A DNA stretch of 64,000 nucleotides from an uncultured virus (IMG/VR IMGVR_UViG_3300028569_000012) (IMGVR_UViG_3300028569_000012), one strand, 5' to 3'. Counted from the stretch's first letter, positions 39,425 to 50,156 are shown. Notes: generated from the letters alone by a model not told the origin. A program made the numbers and translations.

Positions 39425-40172
39425 CCACTAATATTTTAATTTCCTTTAGTACCTCTTCCTTGGTCATTATATATCCACTCTCGTGATGAACGGTTTTGAA
39501 ATTGTACTCAAACTTGGTGGGGGTAGAATAATTCATATTAGTATAATGTGGAAATAAAGATACAATCTCAGTGGTATCCAATGGTTCGGTGAACAAATTA
39601 AATAATGTTTCATGTTCAAAGTTTTCAATATAATGATCAATATCATTTGTTAGATTCTCTAAATTATACCACTGAAATGCAGAATTCAGATTTATTTGAT
39701 AAACATTGTTATCGTGAATCAAATCATAAAGAACATTTTTTTTGATGTTTTTACTAAAAAGTGCTGGTAATCTAAAAATTTTGAGATCGTCAGTGTGAAC
39801 AAATTCTTTTACTAACAGTTCGAACAGATACCTGTTGGTTCCATAAGACAGGGTTTTCAGGTGAATTGGTGAGTTCTCATCTGACAGAGGGGGTGTATCG
39901 GTATAAACATCAATAGTTGAAAACAATATTACCCTATCAAACTTTTGATTGGATATCGTATCGATTATCTTGTTGATATTGATGATGTCTAATGGAATAT
40001 TTTTATTTACCATCCATTTAGTTGCTGGTAAACACGACAAATAAAGTGTTGCGTTTTTGTATTCTACATCATTGAATGTCGATATGTTTTTGGAGTTATA
40101 GGTAAAGTCAAATTGTATTTTTTCTTTTAATGTATTACCTATCAATCCAGTGTCTCCTACTAATATTTTCAT
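39408..40172 (-). CDS. NAD-dependent epimerase/dehydratase family protein
   Basis: VGDTGLIG, STIDVY, YGTNR, RLPALF. Confidence 0.85.
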   Translation of the reverse strand: MKILVGDTGLIGNTLKEKIQFDFTYNSKNISTFNDVEYKNATLYLSCLPATKWMVNKNIPLDIININKIIDTISNQKFDRVILFSTIDVYTDTPPLSDENSPIHLKTLSYGTNRYLFELLVKEFVHTDDLKIFRLPALFSKNIKKNVLYDLIHDNNVYQINLNSAFQWYNLENLTNDIDHYIENFEHETLFNLFTEPLDTTEIVSLFPHYTNMNYSTPTKFEYNFKTVHHESGYIMTKEEVLKEIKILVDETSN

Positions 40173-40183
40173 AATTTTTTGTT

Positions 40184-41188
40184 TTAGTTCATATGGTTTA
40201 ATATGTAATCTACAATTGAGGTGTCGGTTTCGTCGTACAATAGTAGATGTTTAATTTTTTCAATGTTTATAATTTTATCAGGTATGTTTTGAATTTCATT
40301 CCTTAAGATTTCAGTATATCGGTCTTTATCATCAAAAGATAAGACAATACAGATATCTTGTAAATTTACCAAACCTTCAAATATTTTTTCATATATTTTG
40401 TAGTTATCCTCAAAAACCACAGGTACGCATCCCAATAACAAACTGTGGTAAAAACCTTTTCTTGATTTTTGATCACCATGAGGTTGAAGTGAAAAATGGC
40501 TATCCAAATAAATTTGATCAATTTCTTCGTATAAATTTTGCTCATTCATACTGATCCATCGATTGTCTTTGACTTTGTCGGTATTGAATTGATTCAGATT
40601 TTCAAATAATTCTGTTTCAGATCTATATCTCCCTACGTAACTAATTAGGTGTGTTTTGTTTGATTTATTGGGAATACGGTATTCCACGGGGTTAGATTTT
40701 ATGTGAGTACAAAAAGGGACGGGTATTTGTTTGTTTGCACTCGAAACATCCTCATAACACACAAAAAAAACATTTGGGTCAAATTCAAAATAATCCAAAA
40801 AACATCGTTGATCTTCCCACATCACATCTGAATAAAATAATAGAACTTTTTTTCCATCTTTTATAATTCCATCAATTTTATCTTGAATCTCTTGGACACA
40901 TTTAACAACTTCCATAACATCATAGAAATAGTTTTTTTTCCACGCAGATAAAAAAAGATATATTGGAATAACAACAACATCAGAATCTAAATAATTGATA
41001 AGTCTATAAGGATGTGAGGAAAACATTCTGTGTAAAACAAACTCCAAAGAATATTGGGATCGTAAAACTCTATTAACACCATATTCAAATATTTCAGAAG
41101 TAATTATTTCACTGTCATTTATGATTATGGGAAATAAATTATTGTTGAACTTAGGGTCAACATCCAAAATAAAAAATTTAGTTACCAT
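40184..41188 (-). CDS. exostosin-family glycosyltransferase (GT47)
   Basis: SHFSLQPHGDQKSRKGFYHSLLLGCVPVVF; QYSLEFVLH..DVVVIP. Confidence 0.8.
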   Translation of the reverse strand: MVTKFFILDVDPKFNNNLFPIIINDSEIITSEIFEYGVNRVLRSQYSLEFVLHRMFSSHPYRLINYLDSDVVVIPIYLFLSAWKKNYFYDVMEVVKCVQEIQDKIDGIIKDGKKVLLFYSDVMWEDQRCFLDYFEFDPNVFFVCYEDVSSANKQIPVPFCTHIKSNPVEYRIPNKSNKTHLISYVGRYRSETELFENLNQFNTDKVKDNRWISMNEQNLYEEIDQIYLDSHFSLQPHGDQKSRKGFYHSLLLGCVPVVFEDNYKIYEKIFEGLVNLQDICIVLSFDDKDRYTEILRNEIQNIPDKIINIEKIKHLLLYDETDTSIVDYILNHMN

Positions 41189-41192
41189 CACC

Positions 41193-42275
41193 CTAACACA
41201 AACTCATTATTTTTCTCAACGAGTTGCTGACTGGTAAACATTCATCCGAAAAATAATTGAAATTATCAAAAATAATTTTGTGGTTTTTTACTTTGTTCAA
41301 ATAGTTTTCTTCATCTGTTAACTCTTCAAATAAAATCCTCTCAATAATATTATAATATTCTTTATCATCCATATCATTTTTATTTGGGAGAACAATACAA
41401 CTATCAAATATTGAAAATTCATCAGTTGATAAATCCTTATAAATTTTCATTTCAGATTCAAAAATTATAGGTACGGTATTATGGGCAAAACATTGATAAA
41501 ACGACATCCTTGTTGGAGTATCCCCTCTCAATACCATATTATATTTCGATTTGGAAATAGTTTCCAATATATTGGAGGTATCTGTTTTATGAATCCTTTT
41601 CCCAAAAAATCTTAGGAAATTTCTAAATTTGGTTAACAAAGGTCTATTTTTGTCTTTAATCGACCCTATAAAACTTATATCGTATTCTTTCGGATCATTT
41701 TTAAATGAATCTACAGTTTCAAGGAAATAACCTTCATTTGAGTTGAGTATATACGGAATTGGGATTACCCTGTTATGGGTACCTAATCTCAATGTTTGAA
41801 CTGTGTTATGAATACTAACTTCTTTTTCATAACTCAAAATGAAAATTTCCTTTGGGATAGGTTCAAAAGAAATTTCAAACAAAACGTAACTGTATAACAA
41901 AAAATGTGGTTTACCCGAACTTAAATTCAAAAAACTCTCCACGTAGTTACTCCAAAAGAACTTTATATAGTCTTCTTTGTAATCTACACCAATTGTAGGG
42001 GGTTGTAATTTTGGTACGGGAAGGTCAATACTGGATTTATTTAACCATAATGAATATAATTCAGTCCACTTGTTTTCTTTTACCCGACCAAAAAACAATT
42101 TTGTAAAATCTATCGGAATAAATGCTAAATCACAATCATCTATATTTTTGACAACTTCAAATTTTTTAGTCAATTGAGATTTATATAAATCATATAAATT
42201 CATTTCAGAAGGGGGACTATGAAAATAATCCATGAGATCCTCTAATTCTTCCAAGTTGTAAATAAAAATTTTCAT
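41193..42275 (-). CDS. exostosin-family glycosyltransferase (GT47)
   Basis: KIFIYNL, DCDLAFIP, SKYNMVLRGDTPTRMSFYQCFAHNTVPIIF. Confidence 0.75.
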   Translation of the reverse strand: MKIFIYNLEELEDLMDYFHSPPSEMNLYDLYKSQLTKKFEVVKNIDDCDLAFIPIDFTKLFFGRVKENKWTELYSLWLNKSSIDLPVPKLQPPTIGVDYKEDYIKFFWSNYVESFLNLSSGKPHFLLYSYVLFEISFEPIPKEIFILSYEKEVSIHNTVQTLRLGTHNRVIPIPYILNSNEGYFLETVDSFKNDPKEYDISFIGSIKDKNRPLLTKFRNFLRFFGKRIHKTDTSNILETISKSKYNMVLRGDTPTRMSFYQCFAHNTVPIIFESEMKIYKDLSTDEFSIFDSCIVLPNKNDMDDKEYYNIIERILFEELTDEENYLNKVKNHKIIFDNFNYFSDECLPVSNSLRKIMSLC

Positions 42276-42283
42276 AAATTTTA

Positions 42284-43348
42284 TTATCTAACCCAATTTA
42301 TTTTTATTTTTTTTGATGTTGGTAAAAGAAAATTTCGTAATTGAAATTGGAGTAACCTCTCAGGATAAGAACAATTCAAATAGTATAGTGAGTCAATATG
42401 ACCCTCGTAAGTCATATTCAAATGACAAACATTATTCTTAAATGAATGTTTTATATTTCTATTATTGAGAATTTTGTGGTTTTTTTTCTCAAACGACTTA
42501 TTTAAATTATCATAGTTCTCATACAACGAACAATATTGTTTCATTGATTTTGGATTTCCATAAGCAAATACATCACAAATTATATGGGTATGTTCGAAAA
42601 CATGTACTTTTTTCAAATTGTGTTCTACGTACATTTTTTCGCAACTTAAACAAGTAGTAGAATTTGAATCAGGGTGTTCGTGTCCACAACCTTTGTTTGG
42701 AACAAAAATTATTTTTTGTTTTAAATCTTTGAGAAGTTCATCATCAACCAAGAACTCCGTAAATTGATTTTCGAATCTGGTTCTTATTACTATATCATAT
42801 TTTATATCATTTGTAATTTGATATTCTTCAAAAATTTTATAAGATTGACTGATCGAATATAATTGTGATTTTATAAAAACTTCGGGAGATGAAAAATTAA
42901 AGTAATTAAAATTAACAGGTTCCAAACTATTGATAAAGGTTTTATTGTTCTCAACAACATACGATTTCACGTTAGGTATTTCCAATATTTTGTTTTTCAC
43001 TAAATCTGTATTAACCGTATCTTCTAAATTTGTTTCGGATCCTTTAAACCCGAAATTATCCCATGTGTGAATAAATACATCATAATCATAATCACTCAAA
43101 TGTCCAAAAGATTTATTAATGTTATTATCTCTGATATGTCCAGAAATTAATATTGCAATCTTTCCTTTTCTTTTTGCCGTTTTTTCAACGTGTTTAGGGT
43201 TTTTTGGTAATTCCAAATATTCTTTACACTTCGAAATTTCATTTTCAAATTTCGCGTATTTTTTTATTTGGTGTCTTGATATTTCTTCTTCTGAAGGTGA
43301 ACGATTTAGGTATTTTTTAAATAAATCAATTAGTTGTATTCTTTCCAT
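42284..43348 (-). CDS. putative glycosyltransferase
   Basis: KIAILISGHIR, DVFIHTWD, YDIVIRTRFE, DVFAYG, PERLL; ATG at 43348. Confidence 0.6.
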   Translation of the reverse strand: MERIQLIDLFKKYLNRSPSEEEISRHQIKKYAKFENEISKCKEYLELPKNPKHVEKTAKRKGKIAILISGHIRDNNINKSFGHLSDYDYDVFIHTWDNFGFKGSETNLEDTVNTDLVKNKILEIPNVKSYVVENNKTFINSLEPVNFNYFNFSSPEVFIKSQLYSISQSYKIFEEYQITNDIKYDIVIRTRFENQFTEFLVDDELLKDLKQKIIFVPNKGCGHEHPDSNSTTCLSCEKMYVEHNLKKVHVFEHTHIICDVFAYGNPKSMKQYCSLYENYDNLNKSFEKKNHKILNNRNIKHSFKNNVCHLNMTYEGHIDSLYYLNCSYPERLLQFQLRNFLLPTSKKIKINWVR

Positions 43349-44324
43349 TAGTAATTTCTTTAATATAATCTTCAATTAAATATATCCCCTGAATTTTACC
43401 TGTAAAGCAATTTACTAAATTATCTGATTGTGTTATAGACGGATATCTACTATCTGATTTTCCTTCTGTTTTGGTTTTTGTAGAAATAAAATATGAAGTA
43501 TACATAAATTCACTTAAGAAAGTTGGATAATACGACGTAATTTTTTTTTCAATTAGTTTTTTTCTTTTTTCAATTAAATTTGAATCAACATTATTTTTTA
43601 CATATTCTTTCAGTTTTTTTATTTTTTTAAACTTTTTAAGGGGTGTGAACTCGACATCTGTTACAGTGTACAAATCATCCATATACGGATAAATAGAAAA
43701 AAGTTTACCATCAACTACCGTTATAGAATCAAATGGTGTTTTTTTTATTTTTTTGTAAATTAATGATAATGTAGTTTCATAAAAAGAATTTTCAGTACTT
43801 TTATTAGTAAGATGATTGTTTGTTGCATTTATGACCAAGTCATATTTTTTTTGTAGTCCTCGTAATAAATTAGGTGTTATGAGTTTTTTTTCGAAGTTTA
43901 AATTTAAGTTGAAAAAATCAAACATTTTTCTAAAATCAATATGTTGTTCTTTAGTAATTACACACCCTTCGAATGATTCAGAATTGTATAAAGTTTCTTC
44001 GAACTCAAATTCTTCAAATATCTTCAAATATGTTTTGTAATCTAATAAGGAATCATTCTTTGCCACACAATAAAGATTTTTATCAATTTTGTTAGTGGCA
44101 AATTCATAATCATTTATAAATCGAAAAAAAGTTTTTTGACATAATTCTCTTGTTTCAAAGCTCCTAGCATAGTGAAATCCAAGGTGTAATCGATTTTGAT
44201 TATTATAAGAAGTTTCGGTAAAAAGTTTTTTATTTTTCTCAAAAATGGTGACTTCATGTTCTTGTTGTAGTTTGTGTGTAAGATGACAACCAACCCAACC
44301 TCCACCAATTATTGCTATTTTCAT
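43326..44324 (-). CDS. FAD-dependent oxidoreductase
   Basis: KIAIIGGGWVG, NQNRLHLGFHY. Confidence 0.85.
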   Translation of the reverse strand: MKIAIIGGGWVGCHLTHKLQQEHEVTIFEKNKKLFTETSYNNQNRLHLGFHYARSFETRELCQKTFFRFINDYEFATNKIDKNLYCVAKNDSLLDYKTYLKIFEEFEFEETLYNSESFEGCVITKEQHIDFRKMFDFFNLNLNFEKKLITPNLLRGLQKKYDLVINATNNHLTNKSTENSFYETTLSLIYKKIKKTPFDSITVVDGKLFSIYPYMDDLYTVTDVEFTPLKKFKKIKKLKEYVKNNVDSNLIEKRKKLIEKKITSYYPTFLSEFMYTSYFISTKTKTEGKSDSRYPSITQSDNLVNCFTGKIQGIYLIEDYIKEITNGKNTTN

Positions 44325-44326
44325 AT

Positions 44327-44887
44327 TTAATTGTGTACGGTAAGTATTTTATTTAATTTATGATATCTCAGACCAGGATATCTCATACACTCTTCCACAA
44401 AAAGTCCGTCACATATACTTGATTTCAAATTATTAATACCAATTTCTTTGGCAATATCTGTTCTCATCACAAATGATCCCCAATCTATTTGATTACGGAA
44501 TGGTTGAGAACTTAGTACTCGATAGCCAATGTGATTGTGTAAACAATCGAAAGAAATAAAATCAAACATACCAAGTAGTTTTTCTAATTCAGATACTGTG
44601 TTCGGAAGGTAATAATCTTGGATCGATGTTTGAATTATAAATTCTGAATTAACTAAGTTTAATGATTTTTTTCTATTATAGTGACCCCAAAATCCTTCAG
44701 GAGTTTCATTACTAACTAATGTGAATTTATCTGATCCAAAAGTTTTTACCACATCCTCAATATAATTATTTTTTTCGTCACAATAAATAATGCATTGCCA
44801 ATTACTATTTTTTTGAAGTAATAAGCTACTGATAAACAGATAAGCATCGGTAGTTTCTTTATACGCAGTTGCTACAAAAGTTATCAT
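44327..44887 (-). CDS. glycosyltransferase family 2
   Basis: SLLLQ..NW, WGHYNR, QDYY, IDWGSF, DGLF. Confidence 0.75.
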   Translation of the reverse strand: MITFVATAYKETTDAYLFISSLLLQKNSNWQCIIYCDEKNNYIEDVVKTFGSDKFTLVSNETPEGFWGHYNRKKSLNLVNSEFIIQTSIQDYYLPNTVSELEKLLGMFDFISFDCLHNHIGYRVLSSQPFRNQIDWGSFVMRTDIAKEIGINNLKSSICDGLFVEECMRYPGLRYHKLNKILTVHN

Positions 44888-44901
44888 AAATTTTCCTTTT
44901 T

Positions 44902-45396
44902 TTATTTATAATTATTTTCACGAACTATTTTATTCGGGTTACCGTATGATACTGTGTTGTTATCCACATTGACAACAACATTAGAACCCATTCCTATAAT
45001 ATTATTATTACCTATAATAATTCTGTTCCTGACAGAAACATTTAATTTTATTTTGTTTTTATTTCCTATTTGAGACCATCCGGCAAGAATAGATGAGACA
45101 CCAATTTCATTATCATCACCAATACTGACATCGTGACCGATATTTACATAATTCATTATTAGATTATTACTTCCAATTTGGGTGGTACCACTTACACCGC
45201 ACATTATTGAAACGTGATTACCAATTCTATTGTTATCACCAATATTTATGACACCCGTTGCCACTTCAGCATCTCGAATAAAACCGGGCAAACCAATCAC
45301 TACGTAGGGATATATAATATTATTATTTCCAATAGTAACATTATCACCGATTATTGCGGTAGAATGTATTTTGTTAGAGCCTAGAATATTCCACAT
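44902..45396 (-). CDS. hexapeptide-repeat acyltransferase
   Basis: IHSTAIIG, repeated IG(D/N)NN hexapeptides, IGHD, YGNP; ATG at 45396. Confidence 0.85.
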   Translation of the reverse strand: MWNILGSNKIHSTAIIGDNVTIGNNNIIYPYVVIGLPGFIRDAEVATGVINIGDNNRIGNHVSIMCGVSGTTQIGSNNLIMNYVNIGHDVSIGDDNEIGVSSILAGWSQIGNKNKIKLNVSVRNRIIIGNNNIIGMGSNVVVNVDNNTVSYGNPNKIVRENNYK

Positions 45397-45397
45397 T

Positions 45398-46999
45398 TTA
45401 CAAATTATTTTTGTGAAACTTGGCTGGTGATCCAAACCAAATTTCGTTATCACCAACATTATCTCTAACTTGAGAACACGCACCTATTATAGAATTTTTC
45501 CCAATAGAAAACCCCGGCATTAGGGTTACGTTTGCACCGACAAGGGTAAAATCATCTACTTTACCAACAACCTTAAAGTCACCCTGTTTTAAATCTGGTG
45601 TATCTGTCAAGACAAATCCATACTTGATTGTTACATTATCACCAATTTCTGAGTTAGCTGAAATAGTACAACGACTTCCGAATTTCGTGTTGTTTCCAAT
45701 TTTCACATTTTCACGTATTTCACAGTATGCAGTAAAAGAACAATTATTACCTATTACACTACCTTTCCTAACTATAGAGAATGGACCAATTTTGGTATTT
45801 TCACCAATTATTACATTTTCTTCAATTACAACAAACTCACCAATTTCACATTTTCGTGATATTGATGATGATGGATCAATCACAGAGGTTGAAGATTTTT
45901 TGTAGGATGTGTCTAAATATTCGAATATATTATCTATTCGTGATCGTTCTTCAAGTGATATGTTGTTCATATGATTCAAGCCTGCAATTTTACTAAAACT
46001 ATTTTTATTAACATTTGTTTTTACGTCCAAAAGTATACCCCCAATTTCCTTACAAGAGAACATAATTTGACGAGGGAAACGTTTTAACTTAGACCATGAG
46101 TGAGAATCGGGACTTGTGGATATATTTTGATCCCATAGTTGACCTCTCAATTCTCTTATAACCTTTTTACTAATACATCTTCCCGGTGCTATGGGTTCTC
46201 CACGTCTACTGGGATTATTTTTATAACCTTCAGAATAAAGTATTTCTCCAGTATTTTCATCTAAATAATAAATGTCTGACCAACTAATAATGTCATAATT
46301 TAAGATATTTTCATAAATTTTACTCAAAACAATATTATCAATAAAATCATCACTACCCAATAACAATATGTGTGTGTATTCATCATGTTCAAGAAAGTAG
46401 TCTAGTCTTCTATTTAACTTCGAGCCGAAAGGTTGATTAGGGTGTTCTATATATGCACAACCCAATTGATCACAAAGTTTTTTACTTTCTTCACCTTCAC
46501 TTCCAATTGCCAAAACGTCAAGTCCTAAATTGTGATAGTGCTTTACAAATTTTGTAAATAGATCAAATCTTTGCCACATTAGTGTGGCAACTAAAATTTT
46601 GGGAGTTTGTGACTCATATTCCATATAATCTTGATCTTGTTTTTGTGGTAAGATATTATCATACATATCATTTTGATTTGTAATAATTTCACTATGAGTA
46701 ATGACATCTGTATTATTAATAATTTCAGGAGGAATTAATTTATCTTTTAGTGGGAGATCAATTATCTCAATTGTTTGTATTTGACTATGTGACGCGGAAT
46801 GAAAAGTATTACTTTGGTAAAAAATTGTAATGGTATCGTTCGGTTTTATTTGTTTGTTTTTGACTATAAGACTATTATTCAATGAGGTATAGTTTATAAC
46901 AATAGTTTTTTTACCAATATTTTTTATGGTATGTTTTTTTCCTGTTTTTTCAAAAATGGATGACAAATGATTATTGGTATTGATATATTTCATATTCAA
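45398..46999 (-). CDS. GT-A glycosyltransferase fused to a hexapeptide acyltransferase
   Basis: LLLGSDDF in the central domain; C-terminal left-handed beta-helix ending WFGSPAK. Confidence 0.75.
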   Translation of the reverse strand: MNMKYINTNNHLSSIFEKTGKKHTIKNIGKKTIVINYTSLNNSLIVKNKQIKPNDTITIFYQSNTFHSASHSQIQTIEIIDLPLKDKLIPPEIINNTDVITHSEIITNQNDMYDNILPQKQDQDYMEYESQTPKILVATLMWQRFDLFTKFVKHYHNLGLDVLAIGSEGEESKKLCDQLGCAYIEHPNQPFGSKLNRRLDYFLEHDEYTHILLLGSDDFIDNIVLSKIYENILNYDIISWSDIYYLDENTGEILYSEGYKNNPSRRGEPIAPGRCISKKVIRELRGQLWDQNISTSPDSHSWSKLKRFPRQIMFSCKEIGGILLDVKTNVNKNSFSKIAGLNHMNNISLEERSRIDNIFEYLDTSYKKSSTSVIDPSSSISRKCEIGEFVVIEENVIIGENTKIGPFSIVRKGSVIGNNCSFTAYCEIRENVKIGNNTKFGSRCTISANSEIGDNVTIKYGFVLTDTPDLKQGDFKVVGKVDDFTLVGANVTLMPGFSIGKNSIIGACSQVRDNVGDNEIWFGSPAKFHKNNL

Positions 47000-47002
47000 T
47001 AA

Positions 47003-47659
47003 TTAGGTTTCATAATCTCTTTTCTTTCCAAAACCTGAATTTGGAACAATTACAAAAACTTCATTTATCCATTCTTTTTTTGGGATAATTTTACTCAATG
47101 AGTTTAAGTATCTAAAATCAGCACATTTAAAAGCATCCCACTGATACTCTTTTGCCCATTTTGAATGAACTGTAAAACAAGATCCTCCGATGTTTCCCAA
47201 TTCAATTTTTTTTGTCAAAAACGCATCATCATTGGGAATGATATTTGTTTCACCAATTAACATTTTCCAAATCAAGATGGTGTCTTCGTCTATGAGTTTT
47301 TTTGATATATTTTCGATAGTAAATTCATCTTTAAGATAGTCATCATCATCCAAAAAAATAATCCATCCCTCATCAATTGTTTTCAATATAGGATTAAAAT
47401 ACAAATTATGGTAAGATGACCAAAAAAACTTACCCAAAAAATGAGGTCCCATATAGTTATTTTTTAATTTTTCTCTATCAACCCATATTGTAGTTAGACC
47501 ATCGTACTTAAATAAATATTTTTCAAGGTCAGTTGGGTTATCGTAAATCACAATGTGATTTATATTTTTGTAAGTTTGATTTTTTATGGAACGATAATTT
47601 CTATCGAAACCGTTTGGTCGATTTGATGTACGTGTTATTATATTAATTAATGGATTCAC
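47003..47659 (-). CDS. glycosyltransferase family 2
   Basis: PLINIITRTSNRP, QTYKN, FLDDDD. Confidence 0.85.
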   Translation of the reverse strand: MNPLINIITRTSNRPNGFDRNYRSIKNQTYKNINHIVIYDNPTDLEKYLFKYDGLTTIWVDREKLKNNYMGPHFLGKFFWSSYHNLYFNPILKTIDEGWIIFLDDDDYLKDEFTIENISKKLIDEDTILIWKMLIGETNIIPNDDAFLTKKIELGNIGGSCFTVHSKWAKEYQWDAFKCADFRYLNSLSKIIPKKEWINEVFVIVPNSGFGKKRDYET

Positions 47660-47663
47660 TGTT

Positions 47664-49181
47664 CTAAAATTTTATCCAATTTTTTAATTTATCTTTGTTT
47701 TCGTAAACAAATTTTACTAAAATGTTCTTGAAGTCCTCGTTCATCATCTCAATTTCCTCACTGTTATTTTTTCTAGTTTGACTTTCATAGTGATATGCAA
47801 CTAAACTACCATTATAGATATTAGTGAGTCCTGAAATAATACACTTTAGATTCAGTTCAACATCCTCAAAACAAATTCGGTAGGATTCATTAAATCCATT
47901 AATTTTATTGAAAACATTTCTTCTTATCATCAACAATCCAGCAGTGCTACCAACAACATTTGTTATAGAGTTAGTAAAGTTATAATAAGATTTAAAATTT
48001 TTGTGACCTAACATAAGTTCTTTAGTCGTGTCTGACAGTCCAGTAATTATACCATCATGTTGTATTGTGTTATCTTGGAAGTGTAACCGAGCTCCAACAG
48101 TACCCGCTTTAGGATTCGAAATAAATGTTTTTATCATACCGTATACGACATTATTCAACAACTTTATGTCATTGTTACTAAACACTATAAATTCAAAATC
48201 TTCACTAATATAATTTTTGACAACGTGATTGTTAATTTTAGAAAAATTATAATAGTCATATTCAATAAAATGTATTTTTACCGAATCTGAATTTGCTTTA
48301 ATAAATTTTTGAATTTCTTCTTTTTCAATTTTATCAGATCCTGTGTCAGCAATAAAAATTTCGTAATTTACATCAATAACATGTTCTATGAAAGAGTTTA
48401 TACAATCGAATAATAAATTTAGTTTACTTTTTGTTGGTATTATAACCGCAACTTTTCCTGTGTTTTTGGATAATTTACTTTTAATCGGTTCAAAATAAAC
48501 ACTCGTTGGTTTTAAGTCAATCGGTAGATTTTTATGATATTTGTTTAAGAATAGTTCTTTTGAATTGAAGAATTCTTCGTTAGGTTGTCCCACAGATTCG
48601 TGTGTAATCTCGAATGACGATGTTACACCTATCTTGACTCCGTCTAAAAAATTTGATAAACAAAATGGATGATCATAATAATGAAATCGTCCTATTGTTT
48701 CATCAAAAAAATGTTTTACTTTAGTCTTGTCAAATGACAAAAACAAACCATCAATAGAGACCACAGGAATTAAGTGAGGAACCTTTTCGGAGTATTTACT
48801 CAAAAACTTCTTAGAATTTGGTGGATGATGATATACTTGACCAACCATAGTCTGATGAAGTCGTTCCCAGTATATTCCTGATTCAGGGAAGTATGCTGTC
48901 CCTGCTTTTCCGATTATACCATAATTAGGATTGTCAGAAAAGTCCTTCAGTAGTTTTTTTCCCCAATTTTTTTCTAATTTTACATCATTATGTAAACAGA
49001 CAACAATATCAAATTTGGATTCTTTTATACCACGATTGTAAACCTCCGATAATGAATACTGATTGTTATTTTGATATTGTAATATTTGAACGTCATTTAG
49101 TCCAACAGTTCGAACCAAGTGATTTTTAAAGTTATTATTATATAACTCATCTTTGTGGGTGGAGTATATTATTGTAATCAT
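47664..49181 (-). CDS. two-domain glycosyltransferase family 2
   Basis: VCLHNDV..IDGLF..FHYYD; VAVIIPTK..FSNNDI..EDVELNL..HYESQTR. Confidence 0.85.
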   Translation of the reverse strand: MITIIYSTHKDELYNNNFKNHLVRTVGLNDVQILQYQNNNQYSLSEVYNRGIKESKFDIVVCLHNDVKLEKNWGKKLLKDFSDNPNYGIIGKAGTAYFPESGIYWERLHQTMVGQVYHHPPNSKKFLSKYSEKVPHLIPVVSIDGLFLSFDKTKVKHFFDETIGRFHYYDHPFCLSNFLDGVKIGVTSSFEITHESVGQPNEEFFNSKELFLNKYHKNLPIDLKPTSVYFEPIKSKLSKNTGKVAVIIPTKSKLNLLFDCINSFIEHVIDVNYEIFIADTGSDKIEKEEIQKFIKANSDSVKIHFIEYDYYNFSKINNHVVKNYISEDFEFIVFSNNDIKLLNNVVYGMIKTFISNPKAGTVGARLHFQDNTIQHDGIITGLSDTTKELMLGHKNFKSYYNFTNSITNVVGSTAGLLMIRRNVFNKINGFNESYRICFEDVELNLKCIISGLTNIYNGSLVAYHYESQTRKNNSEEIEMMNEDFKNILVKFVYENKDKLKNWIKF

Positions 49182-49606
49182 TATTCGAAGACTTCGATGT
49201 CAAAATTTTTCTTTATCATTTTTCCCCACTTTCCTTCGTATCGTGTTGCTTTGACGATATGGTTGTCAATCCAGTGATATTGTCCCCCTCGTGGTTTGTT
49301 CATGAGAATTCCGTGATATTGGTATCCGTGTTTGCTTAACCATTCTTCTGTCACTTTTCTATGGGGCTCAGTTCTCGAGGTAAAAAAGGTTATGATATTC
49401 CCTTTATCATACCAGCTATTGATCATCTCTACAGAACCATCATAGGGTAGACAAGTTTCCATTCTCCAAGGTTCTTCGTTGGGTACATCCTCCGTTATGG
49501 TACCATCGATGTCGATAAGATAGTTTTTTACTCCATCAGGTAAAACAGGACTGACTGTATTGACATTATATTCCTGTTGACCCGAATCCATTGCTACCTC
49601 TTTCAT
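49181..49606 (-). CDS. small HAD-family phosphatase
   Basis: IDIDGTI, FFTSR, MNKPR, WIDN. Confidence 0.8.
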   Translation of the reverse strand: MKEVAMDSGQQEYNVNTVSPVLPDGVKNYLIDIDGTITEDVPNEEPWRMETCLPYDGSVEMINSWYDKGNIITFFTSRTEPHRKVTEEWLSKHGYQYHGILMNKPRGGQYHWIDNHIVKATRYEGKWGKMIKKNFDIEVFE

Positions 49607-50156
49607 TTTGTTTTATTGTGTTTTGTTCCACCAATTTTACCCATTTGCCACTGACCACAGGACACAGAACACCCTGAGCGATTTTTTGACCTTCTTCAAC
49701 AATTATATCAGAATTGTTCATATTCATAAGAACCACTTTTATCTCTCCAGTATATCCTTGATCTACGGTGCCAGGGCTATTGAGAACCACTAATCCTTGA
49801 TTTAGTGCCAGTCCACTTTTGGTTCTTACTTGTATCTCATAGTTTTCAGGGATACTAAAAAATAGTCCCGTTGATACTAACTTTCTTTCGAACGGTTGAA
49901 ATAAAACTCTTTCGACTGAATAAAGGTCAAAACCTGAGTCTGATTCATAATTATAAGATGGATCAACTGACTTGGTGTGATCTTTCTTGTATTTTAGTTC
50001 TATTTGCGGATGAATTTGATTGTAGGCATTTTCTAAGTCAGATACTCGAATACCTTCGATTTCGTCGACGTAATCCGAATCTAAATCATCTAATTGATCT
50101 TGAAGTTCTTTGAGGATCTTTTCTAAGTCTTCGGGGAATAAATTGTTATTATCCAT
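49566..50156 (-). CDS. dut: dUTPase
   Basis: SGFDL, KSGLA, GTVDQGYTGEI, KIAQ, RGSNGFGSTG. Confidence 0.95.
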   Translation of the reverse strand: MDNNNLFPEDLEKILKELQDQLDDLDSDYVDEIEGIRVSDLENAYNQIHPQIELKYKKDHTKSVDPSYNYESDSGFDLYSVERVLFQPFERKLVSTGLFFSIPENYEIQVRTKSGLALNQGLVVLNSPGTVDQGYTGEIKVVLMNMNNSDIIVEEGQKIAQGVLCPVVSGKWVKLVEQNTIKQNERGSNGFGSTGI

